Positions 27,696 through 41,700 of a stretch of DNA of 64,000 bases are shown here, piece by piece. The stretch comes from Proteromonas lacertae (lineage: Eukaryota), in NCBI GenBank assembly GCA_002245135.1, contig NGBS01000588.1:1-64000 (forward strand), in the 5' to 3' direction. Under the pieces are notes generated by a model that did not search any database, was not told the DNA's origin, and was given only the letters and a program-made list of their open reading frames with translations. Position 1 is the stretch's first letter, and every line of letters begins with the position of its first letter. The position numbers and the translations under genes were made by a program.

Positions 27696-30100
27696 TTAAC
27701 TATCTTTCTTTATATCTCTTTTAAATCTTTCATAAAATATTGATTTACTCTTCATTTCTTTAATCAACTCATTTATATCATTCTCACAATCTTCCATCTT
27801 ATGTTTCAGTTTATTCAATATACTCTCTTCTAAACTATTATTGATTTCTACAACTTTCATTTTATTCAACATTTTGTGAAGTAAATATTCTACTTCACTC
27901 TTGATAAAATCATCTATCTCACTCTCATTTATTAAAATATTTTCATCATCATCATCATCATAAATATAATTCTTCGCTTCTCTCAATTCTTTTTTTAATT
28001 TCATTATTTTATCATAATATTCATCTCGTTCTTTAGCTAAGTTACTATCAAGTGTATGAATGGTTTCTTCATAATTCTTCTTAAGTTCTAATATATCATT
28101 ATCATATTTTTGACTTAAAACATCAAATTCTTCTTGTGTCCTAGCAGATGACTTTTGAAAGGTTGATTTTTGTCTTTTCTATTATTATTATATTTATATT
28201 AAATATATAAATATACAAGTGTTGAAATATCTCTGATTTTGTTTTGTAATTCGATATTTAAATCATTATACATTCGTTTTTCTCTTTCAAATATTTTGGA
28301 TAATCTTTCTAATACTAAATCACTTCCACTTTTCTTATTGAATAAATCCATGGGATTGAATATTAAATTCATATTATCATTTCTTCCATTTATTAAATCA
28401 TTTTCATTTTCACTACTGTTATTTCGACTCTTTCGTTTCATTTCCATATCTTCTTCTTCAACTGAATCTAAGTATTTCTCATTATCATTTATTCGAATAT
28501 TTATATCATCGATTAATTTGTCAGTTTCTTTCTTACTTTCTTCAATTTGAATCTTTAAATCTTCAATCATTTGATCTTTATCAATTATTGTGTTTTCTGC
28601 GATTTTGTTCTCTTCTTCTAATTGCTCTATATATTTCAATTTTGCTTCATATTCACCTCGTAATTCTGTCAATTGCATATCTAAATTCTATTCATTCATA
28701 AATTAATAAAATAATAATAGATACAAATATATTTCTTGGTAATCTAAATGGAGAGGAAGCAGCTGATGATGTTCCTGAAGCAGAGGAAGTAGTTGGAATT
28801 AAAAGAGAAGGAGGCAATGAAGGAGGTGGCATTGAACCATCTTTATTATTATTATTATTATTATTACCACTACTGTCTTCATTAGGAGAATTATCTTGAG
28901 ATTGATAATTTGAAGATGATACCATTGACTCCATATGTTGCCTCAATATTTTGTTTTCACCTTCTAAATAAGCTATTCGTATTTTTAATGCATCAACAGA
29001 TTCTACTACATTCGATTTGGCTTTTACTTTGATTTGTTTGGCTGTTATTCCAAATCGAAGTGTTTTCTTTGTATTCATTAAATTACATTCAGCTGGAGAA
29101 CAACAACATATTATTGATGTTTTACATTCACCACTAAATGTTGATTTTAATAGCATTGTTAAGACTGAATCTCTTGTAGCTGAACCTATATTATCACCTT
29201 TCGATAATCGAATTATTAATCTTTCTAATGTTAATAAGGATAAATTTATATTCGTTGCTTCTCGTCTTAATTTTGGTGTTAAACTTGCTCCAGATTTTTC
29301 GATATTTTCACAACCAGCTAAATCTACTAAAAAGAATCGACTTTTGGTTGTTACACCTCCTTCGTTTGTATGAGTTATGTCGAATATTATTATCAAATGG
29401 GAACGAGATGATGTATCATTTAAATAAGTACTTGCTGTAGTTCGATATTCACAGGCTTGATTATATAAATAATAAAAATCGATCGAATCATGAGGACTTT
29501 CATAAACTAAGTTTTGAATATCCCCAGAGGCTGGAATATCCAATTTTCCATATTCTTTTGTTCGACCACTTAATAAATCATACACTTTTTCATTATATAC
29601 TTCTACCATCGCTATTTTCACATTTACATCACGACTTGAATCGATTAATGCTTGAAATATTCTAGGAGCTATTCCATATGTCTCATAAGCAGAATCTCCG
29701 CAAATTGTGTAAGTCTTACCTGCAGCAGTTTCACCATAACTAGTATTAAGTAAAATATCAAGAAATATACGCCATAATACAAGTATTAATACCGTTTATA
29801 GCATCATCTATGTGTTTCTTAGCTACAGTATCAAAACTAACGTGATGAAATAGAGATAAAAATACATTTCTTCTTGGGTAGATACAGGTTCAAACACTGC
29901 ATCAAAGTTATATGGCCTTGTATCAATTATAACGGAGTTCTATATAGCATAATAATTCTTATATATACAGGTGGATTGTATTCAATACATTCTTTACTCG
30001 TTTTACTCTCATTATTATTGATAGGACGAAATCTAGCAAACACCTGGCAGGAAATATAAGAAAATGAATATACCTGAATACTATCTACGCTTGACGACAT
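27696..30100 (-). CDS. Kinesin with N-terminal motor domain and coiled-coil stalk
   Basis: VFARFRP, P-loop YGETAAGKTYT, EVYNE, NDTSSRSH, LVDLAGCE, NINLSL, TLRFG; several short introns. Confidence 0.9.
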
Positions 30101-30280
30101 TAAATCTCTATTTTGTCAGAGCTCGATGAAAGAAAATCTAAAAATAACTGATTATTTAAATGACAGTTTTGTCTTGTATAAGATATTACTGTGTGTTCTG
30201 AAATAATAGAAGTGATAAAATGAAACATAAGCCCGTCAGTACAAAGAAGACAAAAACAAAAACGAAAAAATAAATAAACA

Positions 30281-31275
30281 TCACTTATCATCATCAAAAG
30301 TCATATGCTTTCCTTTCTTATTACTATTCACTTTATACACTGTACTATGATAAGTCACATTATCTCTTATTTTCTTAGATTTCTTGTTGTTTTGAGGTTG
30401 TACAAAACTTGTAACATCATTATTTTCATTAGATTCTTCGTTATTCAGGAAGAAATCATCTTCTTCTTCCTTTTCTTCTTCTATTTCTTCATTGTTTTCT
30501 TCTTTTGCTGATTCATTTTCTTCATTATCTTCCTTCTCCTCTTCTTTCTTCACAATATTTGTTTTATTATTCAAAACTATTCAATATATTACAACCATAT
30601 TCTATATACATTCTAATGCTTTTAAATATGCATTAATTCTATCTTCATGGGTAGTTTCATCTATTATATCAAATTAATGAATGAAAAAATACAATAATAA
30701 TGAGTAGGATTTACTGTTGAAGCATATTCAGCTATTCTATGAGTAATTGCGAAGAATTTCTGCTGTCTATAGTATTGCATTAGATAATTTAATACTTTTC
30801 TATTTGTTCATCAGTTGGTTGTTTTGTTGGAAATAAACTATAATATTTCTCACTTGCTGGATAATATATGACGTATTCTCTTCTTCTAGTCCATTCTTTT
30901 ATTTCTGATTGATTTTGTTCTATATCTTCAGTATTGTTTTGAAGTTTTCTTAAGTGTCTTGTTACTTTAAGAAGATCAAAATGTTTATACTATTAATATA
31001 ACAATACAGATATACTTTTTTATTCCTTGGAATGAGTGACTTTTCTAATTTCTCTTCGTCTTTATCTCTCAACTATTCATGAGTTGTGAAAAAATATACT
31101 TGTTGTTCACATTCATGCAATAACTCAGTAAAATGCTGTTTTTGTTCTTCTGCTATTCCCTACATATGAATATGACAATATTCTATACTTTCTTTCTCAG
31201 ATATCTTTTGAAAGATCTGATTTTTGACTTCAATGTAGGAGCTTTTTTGAACTGATTGTATTTATTTGCTGGCAT
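30281..31275 (-). CDS. EFG1: rRNA-processing protein Efg1-like
   Basis: Spliced translation includes LKSKIRSFQK, YKHFDLLKVTRHLRK and EYVIYYPASEKYYSLFP, with an acidic tail containing DDFF and ending HMTFDDDK. Confidence 0.65.
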
Positions 31276-31401
31276 AGTCAATTTCTATGTGAATGATGAG
31301 AAATTGAATTGGCCTAAAAATATAAGTCGGACAACTTTTTTGACTTTTAGCCTGACCACATTATCAAATTCTGCCCTTCCCTGCATTAATCATTTTATAT
31401 A

Positions 31402-32411
31402 ATGCTCAGTCGCAATATTGCTAAAAGTTTCATAAAAGTATCACAGAGAAAAGCTGTGTCCAATTTCTTACGTATAAATGACAATATAACATATAGCTTT
31501 GATGAGATTTGTTGAAACAGTTGCACCAGAAGCACCACAAACCGCAACAAATGAAACACCATCTGTAAAATTAGGATCTAGAATAATGGGAACCTATGTT
31601 CGTGGTATTGATTCAAAATACCTTCAAGTATCTATTTCAATTTTATATTTAGATTTACATAAATGCACCATATGCTCAAGAATTACCACCACAACGTCTT
31701 CAAAGAGCTGTATATATTTTTTATTAATTTAATTAGGGTAATTACAGTATCTATGTGTGTGATGCAGTTGAAAAACAAATGGATCGTAAAACTGGTATTA
31801 GTATCCCAATGCAACCAGTGGATATGAGTTACATCGCTCATTTAATAGCAGAAAAAACAACAGATACATTTGTCTCAACTGAAATGGTTAGTTCATACGA
31901 TCATATAAAGAAAGAGAAGGGAGAAAAGCACGAAAGAAAATTAGAATGTAAAACCTCTGATGATAAAGCAAAAAGAGTTGAAATTACCTTAACATCTGAA
32001 GGAAAGACTCAAAAAGTCACTTTAAATGATAAAGAAGCTTATTTCTTACATGATTTCATTAGATTTACTATCCCAAGAGTGACAGGTTGGGAAACAATCA
32101 CTAGATTCTCTCCACCACCAATTAGAAGAAATAATAATAATTATAACAATAATAATATGAGAAATAGAGATGAACAACAACAACAACCACAACAACATTC
32201 AAATTATAGAAATAATACAAGTAATTATAACAATAACAATAATGGAGGAAGATATAACAATAGAAATAGTGGAAATAATAATGGAGGATATAGAAGAAAC
32301 AATAACAGAAATAATTTTGGAGGAAATAACGCTGAAGATTTAGATAGTTTGTCACCTTTAGGTGTAGAAGCTGCTGATATGAACATAGCTGATTTATTGA
32401 CAAATAAATAA
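31402..32411 (+). CDS. Whirly-like single-stranded nucleic-acid-binding protein with mitochondrial-type presequence
   Basis: Presequence-like MLSRNIAKSFIKVSQRK. The domain ends VTLNDKEAYFLHDFIRFTIPRVTGW, resembling the Whirly C-terminal helix; N/R/G-rich tail; three short introns. Confidence 0.55.
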
Positions 32412-32823
32412 GCTTGACAATTTATTTTCTATAGTAAATACTTTTGTGTATGTTTTAGAAAGACTTTATTAATCATAAGTTGAGCTGTAATTCAAAATAG
32501 AGCTATTTGATGAGTATTCTGACATTAAAACATAGTAATAAATACAAGAACAAGTAAGTGTCGTTTCTCAATGTAAAAATCACAGATTTCGCACTACGAT
32601 GTTTATATGCTTTCATCATTTACATAATAACCGCTATGCTCCAATAATATGCTTAAATTTGCATCTATTAGCATATATGAGGAATTATGAGAATAAAGTG
32701 AATTTAAATAGGAGTTGAAGTATTGAAAAAAGCGGGAGGAATTTAAAGATTGTTGGTGATTATTTAAATTTTTATTCCTTATAGTTCCAAATTTTATTGT
32801 GTCATTAGTCCCATTTTATAAGA

Positions 32824-35800
32824 ATGCAATCATCTAACAGTCCACCAAGAGTTTTAACTGAAAACACCACATTGTTTTCAATCAACTCAAGTAGAGATAA
32901 TAATGAGATTGTAATAAGCAGCAAAAATATTGCTTACCTTTACTCTGCTTCAAAAATGCTGAATTGTATTTTTTATATTGTTATTTTCTTACTATTTTTT
33001 TAATAGTGTCTACAACACCATTATCAAAAGTTGTTGAAGTATTTCATGCTGTTAAAACTCCAAAAGTTTTATTGGAGGACATATTTAGCATACTCAAACA
33101 GTTAAATCCTGAATTCGACAGTTCAAACCCATACGAAAGTGAATTATTCACTACCATTTACCCAGTATTGTCTCTATTAGATCATTCAGATGGTGCTGTT
33201 AATATTAAAAGAATAATTGTAATAATTATCATGTTAAGTCAAGGTTCAACATCAGAAAAATTCAGAGCCATCTTTGAGTTTTTACAAGTCACTAATGCCG
33301 ATACTTTAGAAGTGGAAGAAATGGTTAGTGTGAATAATTTTATGATAATGTTCCAAGCCAGTTTAGCATTGATAGTATCCACTCATAAAGATTTAGAAGT
33401 GAATGATCTTGCAGAAACTGTGTTTGATTATAGTAGTAAAGCAATAGAGCATTTAACAACAAAGTATAAATCAGTTCAAATTTTAAGCTTGAATGAAGAG
33501 TCAAGCCAAAATCAAGCTTCCAGTAGAATTATCAAAGAGTGTATATCCATTGATAGTTTCTCCGATTGGTTTAGAATTTATGGTAGTAAATACGCTGTTT
33601 GGTTAGAATTCCTCGATTTAAGATCAACAATTAAGGTATTAAGCGAAGAAACCGAATCTACTGATGTTGATTCCAATTGTTATAGTAGTAATGCCAGTGT
33701 AGTTCCACAACCACCATCAGTGCAAGGAACCATCGATAGTTACAATACAGCCAATACAAACTTAATATTCGACTTTGCTCTGTCAGGTGTAAATGAAAAA
33801 TTATTAATCACCGAATTTGATGTAAAAGTCGTTCAATTCTTAAGCCAAAAGACAGGATTGGATGAAATGACTTGTGAAGATGTCAAGCCTATATTTGATA
33901 AATATTCAATCACAGGAACATTATCATTTAACGGTTATCAAAGTGCATTAGCTGATATTATTAATTTCAACAATCTCAGTTCTGAAGAAGTTGAAAGAGC
34001 AAATTCATATTTCGATCGAATTTATGAAGGCATTCGACCGTCATAGTGTGAGATCAGTAGATGAGAAGGAGTTATTCCCAGGTTTCTCATTATTATTAAA
34101 AGGTAGTAAAAGTGATAAATTAATAGATGGATTTGCAATCAATGATAGTAATAATGATAAACTAATATCACGTAGAGAAATGTGGAAGTTATTACGATCA
34201 TATTTGACAGTATTATTCGCATTAAATAGAGAGAAATCAACGAAGCCAGCTCAAGAGATATATGATATAATCGATAGTATCAGTATTGAAATAACTGCAG
34301 AGATGTTTAATGCAGTATTAGATAATGAAGTAGCTCATGATTTAAGCTTTGAACAATTTGCTGATTGGTATAATAATGTTGGCCATAGTAATATTCCATG
34401 GTTAGAATTATTAGATATTAATAAATGGCCTTCTATTGATGATGATTATCAATATGATGAAGATGATGAAGAAGGTATGATGAGTAGAGAAGCAGAAGAT
34501 GATGAAGAATATTATCAAGATAATGGATATAACAATAATAATAATAATGTTATATTCCCATTAGCTGGAACTAACCATAAGATTGTTATTGATGGTAAAA
34601 GTGTAGATTTATATTTACACATCCTTCAAGCCTGTGATTTGAGTTCATCAGATTGTGATAAATTATTTTATGTTTTATTACAAAGTTCCAGTGGTGGATT
34701 AATTACAGTAAACTCTTATCGTCAGATATTAGGTGAGTCAATTACTGTAGATCGTGAAGATAGATTATTCGTCTATTCATTATTCGATAGAATATTCAAT
34801 CTATTTGATTATGAACATTCTAAAACAGCTGATGTATTAGAAATAGCTTCATCATTATGTTTATTCTGTGGAGGAACTAAGAGTGAGAAATTATATAGTT
34901 TATTCAGATACTTTGATAAGACAGGATATCAACAATTATCATACTCTCGATTACAGGTATTCTTAGAATCATTATTAATTACTATTGATACATTGACACA
35001 AAGCAGTGTTGAAGAATATGTTACTGCATCAGTTAAATATATTATTAGAAAGGTTATGCAACATTTGAATGCTTATAATAATAATAATAATAATGGTAGT
35101 AATAGTAGTAGTAATGAAGATTATACTCAAGTATTAAGTCTCGAAGATTTTGGTGATTGGTATAATGTTGGTGATGGTAGTAAATTAATACCATGGCTAG
35201 AATTAATGAATAGTAAGAAATGGCCTTTAGAATTATTAACAGATTTAGAGAATGATGATGATGATGATGAAGATGATGAATATAGAAGACAACAATATGA
35301 AGGTAGAAATACAACAACAACAACAACAACAGTATTCCATTTCCCATTAGTACCACGTGATTCAACTATTGATATTGGTAAAGAAGAAGTAGAAAGATTA
35401 AAGCAAATATTACAACATACTCAATTCCACAAATATCCAATAACTCATTTAAAGAGTGTATTTAATAATGAATCATTAACATCATCCTCTATTATTGACC
35501 AAGAAACATTTAAGAAATACATCAGTGATTTAGTACCAAGAGGAAATATTCAATCATCCACAGTAATGTTATTAGGTATCTATGATTATTTAAAAGCTAA
35601 TTCTAAAGGATATGTATCAATTAATGACTTGATTTGCTCATTGTCATTATTCACTTTAAGCAGTAAGACTGAGAAATTAGCATTATGTTTTGATTTATAT
35701 ACTGATAAAGAAACTGATACAATCAATGAAAGAGAATTTATTCATTTCTTATCCAGTTTTATATTGATGTTATTATATATTAGTAACAATGATAAACAAA

Positions 35801-38542
35801 TGGAACAAGATGTATTTGAACATATTCAATATATATGCAAGGAAGTATTTGATTATTGTAGTAGCGATAATAGAGAAATTACTTTCCAACAGTTTGCTGA
35901 TTGGTATAATAATGAAGGTAATAAAGATATTCCATGGTTAGAATTATTAGATTTAAAGAAATGGCCTGATATGGAGGTAGAAAGACAACAACAACAACCA
36001 CAACAACAACCACAACAACAATATATGAATCAATATTCTAATCAACAACAAGCAGGTTCATCTCCAATCTATACATTCATATTAAACAGTAATAAAGATC
36101 AATTATTAATCTATCCTGAAGATATTAACCAATTATCAAGCTTCTTAGAAGGTACAGAATTATACACATACAATGCTGAAGATTTGCAAGATAAGATATG
36201 CAGATGTTCAACTGATAGAAATATAAGAAAAGAAGAATATTTCTTCTATTTACCTGAAATATGTGTAAGATTACCAGAAAGTAGTAAAGAAAAGAGAAAT
36301 ATTATATACTATTTAACAAGAATATTCTATATGTTTGATCGAAATGATAATGATATCATTGAGATATTTGAATTAGCTGCATCCTTCTCATTATTCGCTA
36401 AAGGTAATAAATCTGATAAATTAGCAGCTGCATTTGATTTATTCCAACCAGAAGAAACAAACAATTCTATTGAATATAAACAATTATATCATTACATATA
36501 CAGTTTAATAGCTCCACTATTAGCATTCAATTACACTTACATCAATGAAGAATGTAGTACTTTAAGAAAAGTTGCTGAAAATACAGCTTCAGAAATAACT
36601 AAATCAGTTTATGAAGTAAATAATAAAGATAAATCTCAATTAATCTCTTTCACTGATTTCGCTAATTGGTATAGTATCTCTGGATTAACAATAGCTCCAT
36701 GGTTAGAATTATTAGATTTAAAGAAATGGCCTGTTTCTATTGAAGATATAATGAAAGAAGAAGAATCTGGAGATGGTATAGATAATGATAATGATGATGA
36801 CAATAATAATAATAATAATATATCCAATATGCCACCAGCACCATCTGCATCATCTTATTCACAACCATTATTACCAGCAGTACCTCCACAAACACCAGTT
36901 ATTACATGTCAAACTACAGATCGAAATGGTATTACTTATAGTTTCACATTAATCGCTGAAGATGCTCAAGCTCATGATTTATTATTGACTGAGAGTGGAA
37001 TAGCTGAGAATAGTGTTGATAATGTGAAGGAATGTTTCCAACATATATTAGGTAATAATACATCAGTTACACTAGATCAATTCTTGGAGATTATCGATCA
37101 ATTAGCGCCAGAATCAAAAGGTGAATATTTAGAAGGAACAATGATCCAATTATTCCACTTATTAGCTGGCAATAATGTAGATCAACTAGAAAGATCAATC
37201 TTAGAATCAGCTATTATGCCATTAGTGAAAGGTAAAAAGACTGATAAATTAGTATATGCATTTACTACATTTACTCATGATATTAACAACATGGTACTAC
37301 CCAGTGATATGTTCAAATTATACTTATCATCATTATTAGCTGGTATTATAGTAGTTAAAACACAACCACCCTCTTTTGTAGATATTAATAATATATGTCA
37401 AGCTGTGATTGATAGAATATTATTAGATATTCATAAACCTTTTGATAATAGTATGATTGACTTTGAAGAATTTGCTAATTGGTACAGTGAAGGTGGTTTT
37501 AATGTGATTCCATGGTTAGAATTATTAGATACAAATAAATGGCCAAGATATGAGAAAGAGAATAATACTTCATATAATAATAATAATAATAGTGGAATAG
37601 AATATAGACAATCTATGAATAAGAATAAGAATTCATCTATATTGACCAATGATGATGATGATGATGATGAAGACAATGAACCAGTAAATAGAAGTAATTT
37701 ATCATCACATTCCAAACACTCTCAAACTGATTTTAGACAATCATTACAACAACAATTGAGAGATGTTGATAATGCTGATGATGAAAGAGAGAATAACGAA
37801 GAAGAAGATAGATAATAATAATAATAATGATGATGAAGAAGAAGATGATGATGATGGTTCAGATGCATTCATCTTAAATGGAACATATGAATTAGATATA
37901 AATCAACATGATTGTTTATATTTAAAGAACCTATTAGATTTATCAAAATTACAGAGATATTCACCTCGTGATATTCATGATACTTTCTTAGGTAAATCAG
38001 AAGATGGAAAAATCACTAAAGAACAATTTGATGATTCATTAAAAGCATTAATACCAAGCTCAAACCTTTCAGTCCGTGAACAAACCTATTTGAACAATGC
38101 TTTAAGTCAGTTATACTATGTATTTGTTACAACCAATGAAAATGAAGGAAAATCAATTCCCGTTGAATGTATTTCCACTGCAATTAGTTTATTATCTAAA
38201 GGAAACAAGAGTTCCAAATTATCTGAAGCATTCTACCAATACACCATCAATGATAAAGTATCCAAGAGAGATTTAAGTCAATTCTTATATTCATTTTTAA
38301 TTGCTATTTGTATGATGGATGAAGATGCTTCTAAGAACTGTAAGATAGTTATTCATTGCAGACAAGAATGCGATTCAATTGTTCAACAAATTTACCAACA
38401 GAAGAACCTTGATGATAGTACATTATTGACATTTGAAGATTTTGCTAATTGGTATTCTAATGAAGGTGGCGATGGTGTTGCTCCTTGGATAGAATTGTTA
38501 GATCTTTCAAAATGGCCATTCACAGTATTATCTGAACAGTAA
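32824..38542 (+). CDS. Large protein of seven tandem calcineurin-B/NCS-like EF-hand modules (about 1900 aa)
   Basis: ORFs 32964-34046, 33991-37815 and 37763-38542 join through 1-nt indels near 34031 and 37810. Each module has G(S/N/T)KS(D/E)KL..F and FxxWY...PWLELLD.KKWP. Confidence 0.8.
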
Positions 38543-38776
38543 GAATGAGAAAATATTCATCCTCCTACTATTACGTTTAAAAAAAATCTATTATTGTATT
38601 ATGATTATTACTTTCCTTTTTTAGAGTTTTTTTATTTTGTTGGGGTAAAAGAAATTTATTTGAAAAATGAAACGAACAAATTATTTTGAAATACCCATTT
38701 TCAGTTATTCGTTTTTTATTTTTTTCATTTTTTCTCTTAATATACACTATATATTAAATTAATATAATATTGTCCA

Positions 38777-41700
38777 ATGTTAGGAACTATTCCAGGTGAT
38801 ATTGCATCTGTATTTATTTTGTTAATTTACATAAATAGGTTTCTTTACGTAAACAGCTGGTAGAAACTCTTCCAGGGAAGAATGAGCCAGTTAGAAATAT
38901 GGTAACAGTATTTTTATATTCATATTCATATATGTTTATATTTTAGGGTGAATCAATAGAAAACAGCTATGCATCAGTATTAATAGTACTATTATGTCTT
39001 TCTAGTTGACATTATCGAAATGGACTCTTCGCTTTAAATCTATTAATAAAGTTATGACAACAATGACAGTATTTAATTCTATATAATAATCAATAATAGT
39101 TAAAACAATTTGAAAAAGACTATCTCAAAGCAGTAGCAAGAATATATTCCAATATATACAGATTTAATTCAATAATCTTCTCAATCCAACTAATAGCAAC
39201 ATTGGTTATGTATTTAATATCCTTTTTTTTAAAAATAATATAATGTATATAAAACAAAATACAATTTCTTTAATTCAATATTTTTACTTTTTCTTCGATA
39301 TTGAAATCAAAGATTCTATTGCTATAATTCCATCAATAGTAGTGGCATTAATCACAATCGCATTTTCATTCACCAAATATTATAATAACAATGCATGGTT
39401 AATACTGCTATTAGCTGCTTTATTAGGATTAGCTGGAGCAGTATCAAATTATTTTATTGATACAAAAGCTATATCTTTTGATATTTTATTTTTATTAATG
39501 TATATAATTATATTATTATAATAAAATAGTGTAATTTCATCACCAATTCGATTCAAATTCATGCCTTTTCTCACCATTATCATATTCTTAGCATCCTATG
39601 TATCATACACTATAGATAATGAATATACATGGGAAGAAAAAGTGTTTATTGCTACAACTTATATATTACTAATTATCTATATGAATGTTGTTTCCTATTT
39701 CAGAGAAAGGACTTTAAGATCGAATGTAATTGCTGATAAGATATTACAAGCACAACAAAAATCAGTTGAAACGGAAAGAGAGAATTCTGAATATATTTTA
39801 CACTCTATTCTTCCAACACCAATTATAAACGCTTTAAAAAATGGAGAAAAAGTTGGTCCAGAAAAATACACCCAAGTAACCGTTATGTTTGTAGATATAT
39901 TTGAATTTAGTGTAATATCTAAGCGTTTAACTCCTAAAGAGGTTGTGTTTTTATTGAATTTAATATATTCAGTGTATGATCGTTTAACTGATATACATAA
40001 TGTATATAAAGTAGAAACAGTAAGTCAAGTATATATGGCAGTAGTAGGAGCTCCAATACGAATGAGAAATCATGCAAATTTAGCCGCCAATTTAGCACTA
40101 TCCATGATAGATGCATTACCTAAAATACGAAGTGATTATGAATTTTTAACAGGTATAACTGATATGGATATTAATATAAGAATTGGTCTTAATAGTGGAC
40201 CAATAGTTGCAGGTATTGTCGGTATAAAGAATCCAAGGTACAAACTATTTGGTGATACCGTTAACACATCTTCAAGAATGGAAAGTACTTGTTTACCCAA
40301 TCATATTCAAGTTACACATTCAACTTATACATTGTTACAGAAAGACTATATATTTGAAGCAAGAGGACAGATTGCAGTGAAAGGTAAAGGTTTAATGAGA
40401 ACCTATTTATTACAAGGATATGTATATATTTTATATATTTATATATTTATATATAATAGAAAGAAGATTATGAACCATCATCAATACCTATTTATATTGA
40501 TGAAAAAGGCAATCCACTGTCAGAAGCAATGGTTGCTGAAGTATCCATCAAGAATTCATTTGTTCCACCTGATTTCTTAACCACCTTTATGCAGAATAAG
40601 AAAGAACGAGAATTTGATCCATATGAAATTACATATGATAATTTAAAAGATACTTTGAAAGAAGTAATGAATGAAAATAGATCTGATCCTGATAAATCCT
40701 TCTTAATCGTTCCAATTAAGAAAGCGTGTAGTAAAATTGACCAATCACATCTCTTCCAACGACAGAAATTAAGTCATCCCAATAAAACCATTGAACAAGA
40801 AGTTAAAATGAATCCAGAAGAATCAGAAGCTAAAGAAATTAGAAATATTATTGATAATATAGTAAAAAGTGATAAAATGAATGTAATAAATTCAAGTAAT
40901 ACTTCATCCACTATTGTATCAGGTGAAGATCAAAGAAAGTCAACAGTGCATAGAATTAGTAGAAAAACATCAAAAGTAAGTACAGGAAGTAATCAACCAC
41001 TTAAAGTTGCAATTAAACCACAACCAGCTGGTGTTGCTAGTAGAAGAATGTCAATAAAAACATTAAATAATACACGAAGTGTCAGTAGAGCAGCTGCTAA
41101 TAGATTATTATCTTCACAAACTACATCTGCAGTGAGAAAGTCTACAAATGCGAATAACAACAATCCTTCATTAAGATCTCAACAATCCATAAGAAAACCA
41201 ACTATGCCGTTGAAGAAACAGAAAACCCTAGCAATTTCATTGGCTAATAATGATGAAGGAAATCAACCATTTGAATTGAAAGATGAAACTGAAAATGAAA
41301 CAACTATTGATGTATATATATATATATATATTATATAGTTTTTATAAAGTTATTATTATTTATATAGTTATCTTATTTAACTCGTGAGAATAATAGTTAT
41401 TTCAAAGAAATATGTGGTTGTTGTTTTAAAAACAAAACCAATAAAATCTTACCAAAAGAATTGAGTGATGAATTAGAACATTTTAATCAATTAATAAGTG
41501 AAGGACAATCCAAGTTATTCTACATATTCACATTTATCTATTTAGTTTATTCTATTTTATTGATTTTCCTTGAAAAGGTGAATGGTTATTATAAGATAGC
41601 ATGTTATATACTTCGTTTTTTAGCTCCAATAGCAGTATTATGCATTTTATCCTATAATCACTTTAAACCAATTGAAATGCTAACTTTAAAAAGAAAAATG

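Noticed and set aside
32500..32630. TGATGA/CTGA boxes suggesting a C/D snoRNA
   Set aside because: The boxes are only 5 nt apart on + and there is no matching D box on -.
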